Assembly (NCBI RefSeq): GCF_036365525.1
Contig: NC_090378.1
Span: 123,055,593 to 123,119,592 of the forward strand
Reading direction: 5' to 3'
Origin: Heterodontus francisci
Taxonomy: Eukaryota
Length of the DNA stretch: 64,000 bases
The notes under the pieces are model-generated. The model made no database searches. It saw only the letters and a list, made by a program, of their open reading frames with translations, and had not been told where the DNA came from. This document shows, in pieces, positions 1 through 18,000 of the stretch; positions within the stretch are counted from its first letter, which is position 1, and every line of letters starts with the position of its first letter. The position numbers and the translations under genes were made by a program.

Positions 1-3000
1 ATGGACACACATTCCAACCTCCTGTACTGAAACATCCCACAGTTATATATAATATATAATAATGGATACACATTCCCACTTCCTGTACTGACACATCCCA
101 CAGTTATATATAATATATAATAATGGACACACATTCCCACCTCCTGTACTGAAACATCCCACAGTTATATATAATATATAATAATGGATACACATTCCCA
201 CTTCCAGTACTGACACATCCCACAGTTATATATAATATATAATGATGGATACACATTCCCACTTCCTGTACTGACACATCCCACAGTTATATATAATATA
301 TAATAATGGATACACATTCCCACTTCCTGTACTGACACATCCCACAGTTATATATAATATATAATAATGGATACACATTCCCACTTCCTGTACTGACACA
401 TCCCACAGTTATATATAATATATAATAATGGACACACATTCCCACCTCCTGTACTGACACATCCCACAGTTATATATAATATATAATAATGGACACACAT
501 TCCCACCTCCTGTACTGAAACATCCCACAGTTATATAAAATATATAATAATGGATACACATTCCCACCTCCTGTACTGACACATCCCACAGTTAAATATA
601 ATATATAATAATGGATACACATTCCCACTTCCTGTACTGACACATCCCACAGTTATATATAATATATAATAATGGACACACATTCCCACCTCCTGTACTG
701 AAACATCCCAGTTATATATAATATATAATAATGGATACACATTCCCACTTCCTGTACTGACACATCCCACAGTTATATATAATATATAATAATGGATACA
801 CATTCCCACTTCCTGTACTGACACATCCGACAGTTATATATAATATATAATAATGGATACACATTCCCACTTCCTGTACTGACACGTCCCACAGTTATAT
901 ATAGTATATAATAATGGATACACATTCCCACCTCCTGTACTGACACATCCCACAGTTATATATAATATATAATAATGGATACACATTCCCACATCCTGTA
1001 CTGACATGTCCCACAGTTATATATAATATATAATAATGGATACACATTCCCACTTCCTGTACTGACACATCCCACAGTTATATATAAGATATAATAATGG
1101 ATACACATTCCCACTTCCTGTACTGACACATCCCACAGTTATATATAATATATAATAATGGACACACATTCCCACCTCCTGTACTGAAACATCCCACAGT
1201 TATATATAATATATAATAATGGATACACATTCCCACTTCCTGTACTGACACATCCCACAGTTATATATAATATATAATAATGGACACATATTCCCACCTC
1301 CTGTACTGAAACATCCCACAGTTATATATAATATATAATAATGGATACACATTCCCACTTCCTGTACTGACACATCCCACAGTTATATATAATATATAAT
1401 AATGGATACACATTCCCACTTCCTGTACTGACACATCCCACAGTTATATATAATATATAATAATGGACACACATTCCCACCTCCTGTACTGAAACATCCC
1501 ACAGTTATATATAATATATAATAATGGAAACACATTCCCACTTCCTGTACTGACACATCCCACAGTTATATATAATATATAATAATGGATACACATTCCC
1601 ACTTCCTGTACTGACACATCCCACAGTTATATATAATATATAATAATGGACACACATTCCCACCTCCTGTACTGAAACATCCCACAGTTATATATAATAT
1701 ATAATAATGGATACACATTCCCACTTCCTGTACTGACACATCCCACAGTTAAATATAATATATAATAATGGATACACATTCCCACTTCCTGTACTGACAC
1801 ATCCCACAGTTATATATAATATATAATAATGGACACACATTCCCACCTCCTGTACTGAAACATCCCACAGTTATATATAATATATAATAATGGATACACA
1901 TTCCCACTTCCTGTACTGACACATCCCACAGTTATATATAATATATAATAATGGATACACATTCCCACTTCCTGTACTGACACATCCCACAGTTATATAT
2001 AATATATAATAATGGATACACATTCCCACTTCCTGTACTGACACGTCCCACAGTTATATATAGTATATAATAATGGATAGACATTCCCACCTCCTGTACT
2101 GACACATCCCACAGTTATATATAATATATAATAATGGATACACATTCCCACATCCTGTACTGACACGTCCCACAGTTATATATAAGATATAATAATGGAT
2201 ACACATTCCCACTTGCTGTACTGACACATCCCACAGTTATATATAATATATAATAATGGATACACATTCCCACTTCCTGTACTGACACATCCCACAGTTA
2301 TATATAATATATAATAATGGACACACATTCCCACCTCCTGTATTGAAACATCCCACAGTTATATATAATATATAATAATGGATACACATTCCCACTTCCT
2401 GTACTGACACATCGCACAGTTATAAATAATATATAATAATGGACACACATTCCCACCTCCTGTACTGAAACATCCCACAGTTATATATAATATATAATAA
2501 TGGATACACATTCCCACTTCCTGTACTGACACATCCCACAGTTATATATAATATATAATAATGGACACATATTCCCACCTCCTGTACTGAAACATCCCTC
2601 AGTTATATATGATATATAATAATGGATACACATTCCCACTTCCTGTCCTGACACATCCCACAGTTATACATAATATATAATAATGGATACACATTCCCAC
2701 TTCCTGTACTGACACATCCCACAGTTATATATAATATATAATAATGGACACACATTCCCACCTCCTGTACTGAAACATCCCACAGTTATATATAATATAT
2801 AATAATGGAAACACATTCCCACTTCCTGTACTGACACATCCCACAGTTATATATAATATATAATAATGGATACACATTCCCACTTCCTGTACTGACACAT
2901 CCCACAGTTATATATAATATATAATAATGGACACACATTCCCACCTCCTGTACTGAAACATCCCACAGTTATATATAATATATAATAATGGATACACATT

Positions 3001-6000
3001 CCCACTTCCTGTACTGACACATCCCACAGTTAAATATAATATATAATAATGGATACACATTCCCACTTCCTGTACTGACACATCCCACAGTTATATATAA
3101 TATATAATAATGGACACACATTCCCACCTCCTGTACTGAAACATCCCACAGTTATATATAATATATAATAATGGATACACATTCCCACTTCCTGTACTGA
3201 CACATCCCACAGTTATATATAATATATAATAATGGATACACATTCCCACTTCCTGTACTGACACATCCCACAGTTATATATAATATATAATAATGGATAC
3301 ACATTCCCACTTCCTGTACTGACACATCCCACAGTTAAATATAATATATAATAATGGATACACATTCCCACTTCCTGTACTGACACATCCCACAGTTATA
3401 TATAATATATAATAATGGATACACATTCCCACTTCCTGTACTGACACATCCCACAGTTAAATATAATATATAATAATGGATACACATTCCCACATCCTGT
3501 ACTGACACGTCCCACAGTTATATATAATATATAATAATGGATACACATTCCCACTTCCTGTACTGACACATCCCACAGTTATATATAAGATATAATAATG
3601 GATACACATTCCCACTTCCTGTACTGACACATCCCACAGTTATATATTACATATAATAATGGATACACATTCCCACTTCCTGTACTGACACATCCCACAG
3701 TTATATATAAGATATAATAATGGATACACATTCCCACTTCCTGTACTGACACATCCCACAGTTATATATTACATATAATAATGGATACACATTCCCAATT
3801 CCTGTACTGACACATCCCACAGTTATATATAATATATAATAATGGACACATATTCCCACCTCCTGTACTGAAACATCCCACAGTTATATATAATATATAA
3901 TAATGGATACACATTCCCACTTCCTGTACTGACACATCCCACAGTTAAGTATAATATATAATAATGGATACACATTCCCACTTCCTGTACTGACACATCC
4001 CACAGTTATATATAATATATAATAATGGACACACATTCCCACCTCCTGTACTGAAACATCCCACAGTTATATATAATATATAATAATGGATACACATTCC
4101 CACTTCCTGTACTGAAACATCCCACAGTTATATATTAATATATAATAATGGATACACATTCCCACAACCTGTACTGACACGTCGCACAGTTATATATAAT
4201 ATATAGTAATGGACACACATTCCCACCTCCTGTACTGAAACATCCCACAGTTATATATAATATATAATATTGGATACACATTCCCACTTCCTGTACTGAC
4301 ACATCCCACAGTTATATATAATATATAATAATGGACGCACATTCCCACCTCCTGTCCTGACACATCCCACAGTAAAAAATAATATATAATAATGGACACA
4401 CAGTCCCACCTCCTGTACTGACACATCCCACAATTATATATAATATATAATAATGGGCACACATTCCCACCTCCTGTCCTGACACATCCCACAGTAAAAA
4501 ATAATGTATAATAATTGACACACAGTCCCACCTCCTGTACTGACACGTCCCACAGTTATATATAATATATAATAATGGATACACATTCCCACTTCCTGTA
4601 CTGACACATCCCACAGTTATATATAATATATAATAATGGATACACATTCCCACTTCCTGTACTGACACATCCCACAGTTAAATATAATATATAATAATGG
4701 ATACACATTCCCACTTCCTGTACTGACACATCCCACAGTTATATATAATATATAATAATGGATACACATTCCCACTTCCTGTACTGACACATCCCACAGT
4801 TATATATAATATATAATAATGGATACACATTCCCACTTCCTGTACTGACACATCCCACAGTTAAATATAATATATAATAATGGATACACATTCCCACTTC
4901 CTGTACTGACACATCCCACAGTTATATATAATATATAATAATGGATACACATTCCCACTTCCTGTACTGACACATCCCACAGTTAAATATAATATATAAT
5001 AATGGATACACATTCCCACTTCCTGTACTGACACATCCCACAGTTATATATAATATATAATAATGGATACACATTCCCACTTCCTGTACTGACACATCCC
5101 ACAGTTAAATATAATATATAATAATGGATACACATTCCCACATCCTGTACTGACACGTCCCACAGTTATATATAATATATAATAATGGATACACATTCCC
5201 ACTTCCTGTACTGACACATCCCACAGTTATATATAAGATATAATAATGGATACACATTCCCACTTCCTGTACTGACACATCCCACAGTTATATATTACAT
5301 ATAATAATGGATACACATTCCCACTTCCTGTACTGACACATCCCACAGTTATATATAAGATATAATAATGGATACACATTCCCACTTCCTGTACTGACAC
5401 ATCCCACAGTTATATATTACATATAATAATGGATACACATTCCCACTTCCTGTACTGACACATCCCACAGTGAGATATAATATATAATAATGGACACATA
5501 TTCCCACCTCCTGTACTGAAACATCCCTCAGTTATATATGATATATAATAATGGATACACATTCCCACTTCCTGTCCTGACACATCCCACAGTTATACAT
5601 AATATATAATAATGGATACACATTCCCACTTCCTGTACTGACACATCCCACAGTTATATATAATATATAATAATGGACACACATTCCCACCTCCTGTACT
5701 GAAACATCCCACAGTTATATATAATATATAATAATGGAAACACATTCCCACTTCCTGTACTGACACATCCCACAGTTATATATAATATATAATAATGGAT
5801 ACACATTCCCACTTCCTGTACTGACACATCCCACAGTTATATATAATATATAATAATGGACACACATTCCCACCTCCTGTACTGAAACATCCCACAGTTA
5901 TATATAATATATAATAATGGATACACATTCCCACTTCCTGTACTGACACATCCCACAGTTAAATATAATATATAATAATGGATACACATTCCCACTTCCT

Positions 6001-9000
6001 GTACTGACACATCCCACAGTTATATATAATATATAATAATGGACACACATTCCCACCTCCTGTACTGAAACATCCCACAGTTATATATAATATATAATAA
6101 TGGATACACATTCCCACTTCCTGTACTGACACATCCCACAGTTATATATAATATATAATAATGGATACACATTCCCACTTCCTGTACTGACACATCCCAC
6201 AGTTATATATAATATATAATAATGGATACACATTCCCACTTCCTGTACTGACACATCCCACAGTTAAATATAATATATAATAATGGATACACATTCCCAC
6301 TTCCTGTACTGACACATCCCACAGTTATATATAATATATAATAATGGATACACATTCCCACTTCCTGTACTGACACATCCCACAGTTAAATATAATATAT
6401 AATAATGGATACACATTCCCACATCCTGTACTGACACGTCCCACAGTTATATATAATATATAATAATGGATACACATTCCCACTTCCTGTACTGACACAT
6501 CCCACAGTTATATATAAGATATAATAATGGATACACATTCCCACTTCCTGTACTGACACATCCCACAGTTATATATTACATATAATAATGGATACACATT
6601 CCCACTTCCTGTACTGACACATCCCACAGTTATATATAAGATATAATAATGGATACACATTCCCACTTCCTGTACTGACACATCCCACAGTTATATATTA
6701 CATATAATAATGGATACACATTCCCAATTCCTGTACTGACACATCCCACAGTTATATATAATATATAATAATGGACACATATTCCCACCTCCTGTACTGA
6801 AACATCCCACAGTTATATATAATATATAATAATGGATACACATTCCCACTTCCTGTACTGACACATCCCACAGTTAAGTATAATATATAATAATGGATAC
6901 ACATTCCCACTTCCTGTACTGACACATCCCACAGTTATATATAATATATAATAATGGACACACATTCCCACCTCCTGTACTGAAACATCCCACAGTTATA
7001 TATAATATATAATAATGGATACACATTCCCACTTCCTGTACTGAAACATCCCACAGTTATATATTAATATATAATAATGGATACACATTCCCACAACCTG
7101 TACTGACACGTCGCACAGTTATATATAATATATAGTAATGGACACACATTCCCACCTCCTGTACTGAAACATCCCACAGTTATATATAATATATAATATT
7201 GGATACACATTCCCACTTCCTGTACTGACACATCCCACAGTTATATATAATATATAATAATGGACGCACATTCCCACCTCCTGTCCTGACACATCCCACA
7301 GTAAAAAATAATATATAATAATGGACACACAGTCCCACCTCCTGTACTGACACATCCCACAATTATATATAATATATAATAATGGGCACACATTCCCACC
7401 TCCTGTCCTGACACATCCCACAGTAAAAAATAATGTATAATAATTGACACACAGTCCCACCTCCTGTACTGACACGTCCCACAGTTATATATAATATATA
7501 ATAATGGATACACATTCCCACTTCCTGTACTGACACATCCCACAGTTATATATAATATATAATAATGGATACACATTCCCACTTCCTGTACTGACACATC
7601 CCACAGTTAAATATAATATATAATAATGGATACACATTCCCACTTCCTGTACTGACACATCCCACAGTTATATATAATATATAATAATGGATACACATTC
7701 CCACTTCCTGTACTGACACATCCCACAGTTATATATAATATATAATAATGGATACACATTCCCACTTCCTGTACTGACACATCCCACAGTTAAATATAAT
7801 ATATAATAATGGATACACATTCCCACTTCCTGTACTGACACATCCCACAGTTATATATAATATATAATAATGGATACACATTCCCACTTCCTGTACTGAC
7901 ACATCCCACAGTTAAATATAATATATAATAATGGATACACATTCCCACTTCCTGTACTGACACATCCCACAGTTATATATAATATATAATAATGGATACA
8001 CATTCCCACTTCCTGTACTGACACATCCCACAGTTAAATATAATATATAATAATGGATACACATTCCCACATCCTGTACTGACACGTCCCACAGTTATAT
8101 ATAATATATAATAATGGATACACATTCCCACTTCCTGTACTGACACATCCCACAGTTATATATAAGATATAATAATGGATACACATTCCCACTTCCTGTA
8201 CTGACACATCCCACAGTTATATATTACATATAATAATGGATACACATTCCCACTTCCTGTACTGACACATCCCACAGTTATATATAAGATATAATAATGG
8301 ATACACATTCCCACTTCCTGTACTGACACATCCCACAGTTATATATTACATATAATAATGGATACACATTCCCACTTCCTGTACTGACACATCCCACAGT
8401 GAGATATAATATATAATAATGGACACATATTCCCACCTCCTGTACTGAAACATCCCACAGTTATATATAATATATAATAATGGATACACATTCCCACTTC
8501 CTGTACTGACACATCCCACAGTTAAGTATAATATATAATAATGGATACACATTCCCACTTCCTGTACTGACACATCCCACAGTTATATATAATATATAAT
8601 AATGGACACACATTCCCACCTCCTGTACTGAAACATCCCACAGTTATATATAATATATAATAATGGATACACATTCCCACTTCCTGTACTGAAACATCCC
8701 ACAGTTATATATTAATATATAATAATGGACACACATTCCCACAACCTGTACTGACACGTCGCACAGTTATATATAATATATAATAATGGACACACATTCC
8801 CACCTCCTGTACTGAAACATCCCACAGTTATATATAATATATAATATTGGATACACATTCCCACTTCCTGTACTGACACATCCCACAGTTATATATAATA
8901 TATAATAATGGATGCACATTCCCACCTCCTTTACTGAAACATCCCACAGTAAAAAATAATATATAATAATGGACACACAGTCCCACCTCCTGCACTGACA

Positions 9001-12000
9001 CATCCCACAGTTATATATAATATATAATAATGGACACACAGTCCCACCTCCTGTACTGACACATCCCACAGTTATATATAATATATAATAATGGGCACAC
9101 AGTCCCACCTCCTGCACTGACACATCCCACAGTTATATATAATATATAATAATGGACACACATTCCCACCTCCTGTCCTGACACATCCCACAGCAAAAAA
9201 TAATATATAATAATCGACACACAGTCCCACCTCCTGTACTGACACGTCCCACAGTTATATATAATATATAATAATGGACACACAGTCCCACTTCCTGTAA
9301 TGACACATCCCACAGTTATATATAATATATAATAATGGACACACAGTCCCACCTCCTGTACTGACACATCCCACAGTTATATATAATATATATTAATGGA
9401 CTCACAGTCCCACCTCCTGTACTGACACATCCCACAGTTATATATAATATATAATAATGAAGACACAGTCCCACCTCCTGTATTGACACGTCCCACAGTT
9501 ATATATAATATATAATAATGGACACACAGTCCCACTTCCTGTAATGACACATCCCACAGTTATATATAATATATAATAATGGACACACAGTCCCACCTCC
9601 TGTACTGACACATCCCACAGTTATATATAATATATAATCATGGACACACAGTCCCACCTCCTGTACTGACACGTCCCACAGTGATATATAATATATAATA
9701 ATGGACAGACCGTCCCACCTCCTGTACTGACACATCCCACAGTTATATATAATATATTATAATGGACAGACAGTCCCACCTCCTTAACTGACATACCCCA
9801 CAGTCATATACAATATATAATAATGGACACACAGTCCCACCTCCTGTCATGACATATCCCACAGTTATATATAATATATAATAATGGACACACCGTCCCA
9901 CCTCCTTTACTGACACGTCCCACAGTTATATATAATATATATGAATGGACACACAGTCCCACCTTCTGTATGACACTTCCCACAGTTATATACATTGTAT
10001 AATAAAGGACACGCAGTCCCACCTCCTGTACTGACACTTTGCACAGTTATTTTCAATGTATAATAAAGGACACGCAGTCCCACCTCCTGTACTGACACTT
10101 CCCTCAGTTATATATAATATATAATAATGGACACAAGTCCCACCTTCTGTATGACACATCCCACAGTGATATATAATATATAATAATGGACTCACAGTCC
10201 CACTTCCTGTAATGACACATCCCACAGTTATATATAATATATAATAATGGACACACCGTCCCACCTCCTTTACTGACACGTCCCACAGTTATATATAATA
10301 TATATGAATGGACACACAGTCCCACCTTCTGTATGACACATCCCACAGTTATATACAATATATAATAAAGGACACGTAGTCCCACCTCCTGTACTGACAC
10401 ATCCCACAGTTATATATAATATATAATAATGGACACACAGTCCCACCTCCTGTACTGACAAGTCCCACAGTGATATATAATATATAATAATGGACAGACC
10501 GTCCCACCTCCTGTACTGACACATCCCACAGTTATATATAATATATTATAATGGACAGACAGTCCCACCTCCTGAACTGACATACCCCACAGTAATATAC
10601 AATATATAATAATGGACACACAGTCCCACCTCCTGCACTGACACGTCCCACAGTTATATATAATATATATGAATGGATACACATTCCCACCTCCTGTACT
10701 GAAACATCCCACAGTACAAAATAATATATAATAAAGGACACACAGTCCCACCTCCTGCACTGACACATCCCACAGTTATATATAATATATAATAATGGGC
10801 ACACATTCCCACCTCCTGTCCTGACACATCCCACATTTATATATAATATATAATAATGGACACACAGTCCCACCTCCTGTACTGACACATCCCACAGTTA
10901 TATACAATATATAATAATGGACACACAGTCCCACCTCCTGTACTGACACATCCCACAGTTATATATAATATATAATAATGGACACACAGTCCCACCTCCT
11001 GTACTGACACGTCCCACAGTTATATATAATATATAATAATGGACTCACAGTCCCACCTCCTGTACTGACACATCCCACAGTTATATATAATATATAATAA
11101 TGAACACACAGTCCCACCTCCTGTATTGACACGTCCCACAGTTATATATAATATATAATAATGGACACACAGTCCCACTTCCTGTAATGACACATCCCAC
11201 AGTTATATATAATATATAATAATGGACACACAGTCCCACCTCCTGTACTGACACATCCCACATTTATATATAATATATATTAATGGACTCACAGTCCCAC
11301 CTCCTGTACTGACACATCCCACAGTTATATATAATATATAATAATGAACACACAGTCCCACCTCCTGTATTGACACGTCCCACAGTTATATATAATATAT
11401 AATAATGGACACAAAGTCCCACTTCCTGTAATGACACATCCCACAGTTATATATAATATATAATAATGGACACACAGTCCCACCTCCTGTACTGACACAT
11501 CCCACAGTTATATATAATATATAATCATGGACACACAGTCCCACCTCCTGTACTGACACGTCCCACAGTGATATATAATATATAATAATGGACAGACCGT
11601 CCCACCTCCTGTACTGACACATCCCACAGTTATATATAATATATTATAATGGACAGACAGTCCCACCTCCTGAACTGACATACCCCACAGTCATATTCAA
11701 TATATAATAATGGACACACAGTCCCACCTCCTGTACTGACACTTTGCACAGTTATTTTCAATGTATAATAAAGGACACGCAGTCCCACCTCCTGTACTGA
11801 CACTTCCCTCAGTTATATATAATATATAATAATGGACACACAGTCCCACCTTCTGTATGACACATCCCACAGTGATATATAATATATAATAATGGACTCA
11901 CAGTCCCACTTCCTGTAATGACACATCCCACAGTTATATATAATATATCATTATGGACACACCGTCCCACCTCCTTTACTGACACGTCCCACAGTTATAT

Positions 12001-15000
12001 ATAATATATATGAATGGACACACAGTCCCACCTTCTGTATGACACATCCCACAGTTATATACAATATATAATAAAGGACACGCAGTCCCACCTCCTGTAC
12101 TGACACATCCCACAGTTATATATAATATATAATAATGGACACACAGTCCCACCTCCTGTACTGACACGTCCCACAGTGATATATAATATATAATAATGGA
12201 CAGACCGTCCCACCTCCTGTACTGACACATCCCACAGTTATATATAATATATTATAATGGACAGACAGTCCCACCTCCTGAACTGACATACCCCACAGTA
12301 AAAAATAATATATAATAATGGACATACAGTCCCACCTCCTGCACTGACACATCCCACAGTTATATATAATATATAATAATGGACACACAGTCCCACTTCC
12401 TGCACTGACACGTCCTACAGTTATATATAATATTTTATAATGGATACGCATTCCCACTTCCTGTACTGACACATCCCACAGCAAAAAATAATATATAGTA
12501 ATGGACACACAGTCCCACCTCCTGCACTGACACATCCCACAGATATATATAATATATAATAATGGATACACATTCCCACATCCTGTACTGACACGACCCA
12601 CAATTATATATAATATATAATAATGGACACACAGTCCCACCTCCTGTACTGACACATCTCACAGATATATATAATATATAATAATGGACACACAGTCCCA
12701 CCTCCTGTCCTGACACATCTCACAGTTATATAAAATATACAATAATGGACACACATTCCCACCTCCTGCACGGACACATCCCACAGTTATATATAATATT
12801 AATAATGGACACACAGTCCCACCTCCTGCACTGACAATTCCCACAGTTATATATAATATATAATAATGGATACACATTCCCACTTCCTGTACAGACACGT
12901 CCCACAGTTATATATAATATGTAATAATGGATACACATTCCCACTTCCTGTACTGACACGTCCCACAGTTACATATAATATATAATAATGGATACACATT
13001 CCCACCTCCTGTACTGAAACATCCCACAGTAAAAAATAATATATAACAATGGACACACATTCCCACTTCCTGTACTGACACGTCCCACAGTTATATATAA
13101 TATATAATAATGGACACACAGTCCCACCTCCTGCACTGACACATCCCACAGTTATATATAATATATAATAATGGATACACATTCCCACTTCCTGTACTGA
13201 AACATCCCACAGTAAAAAATAATATATAACAATGGACACACATTCCCACTTCCTGTACTGACACGTCCCACAGTTATATATAATATATAATAATGGACAC
13301 ACAGTCCCACCTCCTGCACTGACACATCCCACAGTTATATATAATATATAATAATGGATACACATTCCCACTTCCTGTACTGACACATCCCACAGTTATA
13401 TATAACATATAATAATGGATACACATTCCCACCTTCTGTACTGACACATCCCACAGTAAACAATAATATATAATAATGGATACACAGTCCCACCTCCTGC
13501 ACTGACACATCCCACAGTTATATATAATATATAATAATGGACACACAGTCCCACCTCCTGCACTGACACATCCCACAGTTAAAGATAATATATAGTAATG
13601 GATACACATTTCCACCTCCTGTACAGACACGTCCCACAGTAAAAAATAATATATAATAATGGATACACATTCCCACCTCCTGTACTGACACATCTCACTG
13701 TTATATAAAATATACAATAATGGACACACATTCCCTCCTCCTGTACTGACACATCCCACAGTTATATATAATATATAATAATGGATACACAGTCCCACCT
13801 CCTGCACTGACACATCCCACAGTTATATATAATATATAATAATGGATACACTGTCCCACTTCCTGCACTGACACGTCCCACAGTTATATATAATATGTAA
13901 TAATGGATACACATTCCCACTTCCTGTACTGACACGTCCCACAGTTACATATAATATATAATAATGGATACACATTCCCACCTCCTGTACTGAAACATCC
14001 CACAGTAAAAAATAATATATAACAATGGACACACATTCCCACTTCCTGTACTGACACGTCCCACAGTTATATATAATATATAATAATGGACACACAGTCC
14101 CACCTCCTGTACTGACACAACCCACAGTTATATATAATATATCATAATGGAAACACAGTCCCACCTCCTGAACTGACACAACCCACAGTTTTATATAATA
14201 TATCATAATGGACACACAGTCCCACCTCCTGTACTGACACATCTCACAGTTATATAAAATATATAATAATGGACACACAGTCCCACCTCCTGTACTGACA
14301 CAACCCACAGTTATATATAATATATCATAATGGAACCACAGTCCCACCTCCTGCACTGACACAACCCACAGTTTTATATAATATATAATAATGGACACAC
14401 AGTCCCACCTCCTGTACTGACACATCTCACAGTTATATAAAATATACAATAATGGACACACAGTCCCACCTCCTGTACTGACACATCCCACAGTTATATA
14501 TAATATATAATAATGGATACACAGTCTCACCTCCTGCACCGACACGTCCCACAGTAATATATAATATATAATAATGGATACACATTCCCACCTCCTGTAC
14601 TGACACATCCCACAGTAAAAAATAATATATAATAATGGATACACAGTCCCACCTCCTGCACCGACACATCCCACAGTAAAAAATAATATATAATAATGGA
14701 TACACAGTCCCACCTCCTGCACCGACACATCCCACAGTTATATATAATATATAATAATGGATACACATTCCCACCTCCTGCACTGACACATCCCACATTT
14801 ATATATAATATATAATAATGGATACACATTCCCACCTCCTGCACTGACACATCCCACAGTAAAAAATAATATATAATAATGTACACACAGTCCCACCTCC
14901 TGCACCGACACATCCCACAGTTATATATAATATATAATAATGGATACACGTTCCCACTTCCTGGACTGACACGTCCCACGGTAAAAAATAATATATAATA

Positions 15001-18000
15001 ATGGATACACAGTCCCACCTCCTGCACCGACACATCCCACAGTTATATATAATATATAATAATGGATACACAATCCCACCTCCTGTACTGACACATCCCT
15101 CAGTAAAAAATAATATATTATAATGGACACACAGTCCCACCTCCTGCACTGACACATCCCACAGTTATATATAACATATAATAATGGATACACATTCCCA
15201 CCTCCTGCACTGACACATCCCACAGTAATATATAAAATATAATAATGGATACACAGTCCCACCTCCTGCACTGACACATCCCACAGTTATATATAATATG
15301 TAATAATGGATACACATTCCCACTTCCTGTACTGACACGTCCCACAGTTATATATAATATATAATAATGGATACACATTCCCACTTCCTGTACTGACACG
15401 TCCCACAGTTAGAGAAATATATAATAATGGACACACAGTCCCACCTCCTGTACTGACACATCCCACAGTTATATATAATATACAATAATGGACACACAGT
15501 CACGCCTCCTGCACTGACACGTCCCACAGTTATATATAATATATAATATTGGACACACAGTCCCACCTCCTGTACTGACACGTCCCACATTTATATATAA
15601 CATATAATAATGGACACACAGTCCCACTTCCTGTACTGATACATCCCACAGTTATATATAATATATAATATTGGACACACATTCCCAATTCCTGTACTGA
15701 CATGTCCCACAGTTATATATAATATATAATAATGGACACACAGTCCCACCTCCTGCACTGACACATCCCACAGTTATATATAATATATAATATTGGACAC
15801 ACATTCCCAATTCCTGTACTGACATGTCCCACAGTTATATATAATATATAATAATGGATACACAGTCCCACCTCCTGCACTGACACATCCCACAGTTATA
15901 TATAATATATAATAATGGATACACTGTCCCACTTCCTGCACTGACACGTCCCACAGTTATATATAATATGTAATAATGGATACACATTCCCACTTCCTGT
16001 ACTGACACGTCCCACAGTTACATATAATATATAATAATGGATACACATTCCCACCTCCTGTACTGAAACATCCCACAGTAAAAAATAATATATAACAATG
16101 GACACACATTCCCACTTCCTGTACTGACACGTCCCACAGTTATATATAATATATAATAATGGACACACAGTCCCACCTCCTGTACTGACACAACCCACAG
16201 TTATATATAATATATCATAATGGAAACACAGTCCCACCTCCTGAACTGACACAACCCACAGTTTTATATAATATATCATAATGGACACACAGTCCCACCT
16301 CCTGTACTGACACATCTCACAGTTATATAAAATATATAATAATGGACACACAGTCCCACCTCCTGCACTGACACATCCCACAGTTAAAGATAATATATAA
16401 TAATGGATACACATTTCCACCTCCTGTACAGACACGTCCCACAGTAAAAAATAATATATAATAATGGATACACATTCCCACCTCCTGTACAGACACATCT
16501 CACAGTTATATAAAATATACAATAATGGACACACAGTCCCTCCTCCTGTACTGACACATCCCACAGTGATATATAATATATAATAATGGATACACATTCC
16601 CACCTCCTGTACAGACACGTCCCACAGTAAAAAATAATATATAATAATGGATACACATTCCCACCTCCTGTACTGACACATCTCACTGTTATATAAAATA
16701 TACAATAATGGACACACAGTCCCTCCTCCTGTACTGACACATCCCACAGTTATATATAATATATAATAATGGATACACAGTCCCACCTCCTGCACTGACA
16801 CATCCCACAGTTATATATAATATATAATAATGGATACACTGTCCCACTTCCTGCACTGACACGTCCCACAGTTATATATAATATGTAATAATGGATACAC
16901 ATTCCCACTTCCTGTACTGACACATCCCACAGTAAAAAATAATATATAACAATGGACACACATTCCCACTTCCTGTACTGACACGTCCCACAGTTATATA
17001 TAATATATAATAATGGACACACAGTCCCACCTCCTGTACTGACACAACCCACAGTTATATATAATATATAATAATGGATACACTGTCCCACTTCCTGCAC
17101 TGACACGTCCCACAGTTATATATAATATGTAATAATGGATACACATTCCCACTTCCTGTACTGACACATCCCACAGTAAAAAATAATATATAACAATGGA
17201 CACACATTCCCACTTCCTGTACTGACACGTCCCACAGTTATATATAATATATAATAATGGATACACTGTCCCACTTCCTGCACTGACACGTCCCACAGTT
17301 ACATATAATATATAATAATGGATACACATTCCCACCTCCTGTACTGAAACATCCCACAGTAAAAAATAATATATAACAATGGACACACATTCCCACTTCC
17401 TGTACTGACACGTCCCACAGTTATATATAATATATAATAATGGACACACAGTCCCACCTCCTGTACTGACACAACCCACAGTTATATATAATATATCATA
17501 ATGGAAACACAGTCCCACCTCCTGAACTGACACAACCCACAGTTTTATATAATATATCATAATGGACACACAGTCCCACCTCCTGTACTGACACATCTCA
17601 CAGTTATATAAAATATATAATAATGGACACACAGTCCCACCTCCTGTACTGACACAACCCACAGTTATATATAATATATCATAATGGAACCACAGTCCCA
17701 CCTCCTGCACTGACACAACCCACAGTTTTATATAATATATAATAATGGACACACAGTCCCACCTCCTGTACTGACACATCTCACAGTTATATAAAATATA
17801 CAATAATGGACACACAGTCCCACCTCCTGTACTGACACAACCCACAGTTATATATAATATATCATAATGGAAACACAGTCCCACCTCCTGAACTGACACA
17901 ACCCACAGTTTTATATAATATATCATAATGGACACACAGTCCCACCTCCTGTACTGACACATCTCACAGTTATATAAAATATATAATAATGGACACACAG

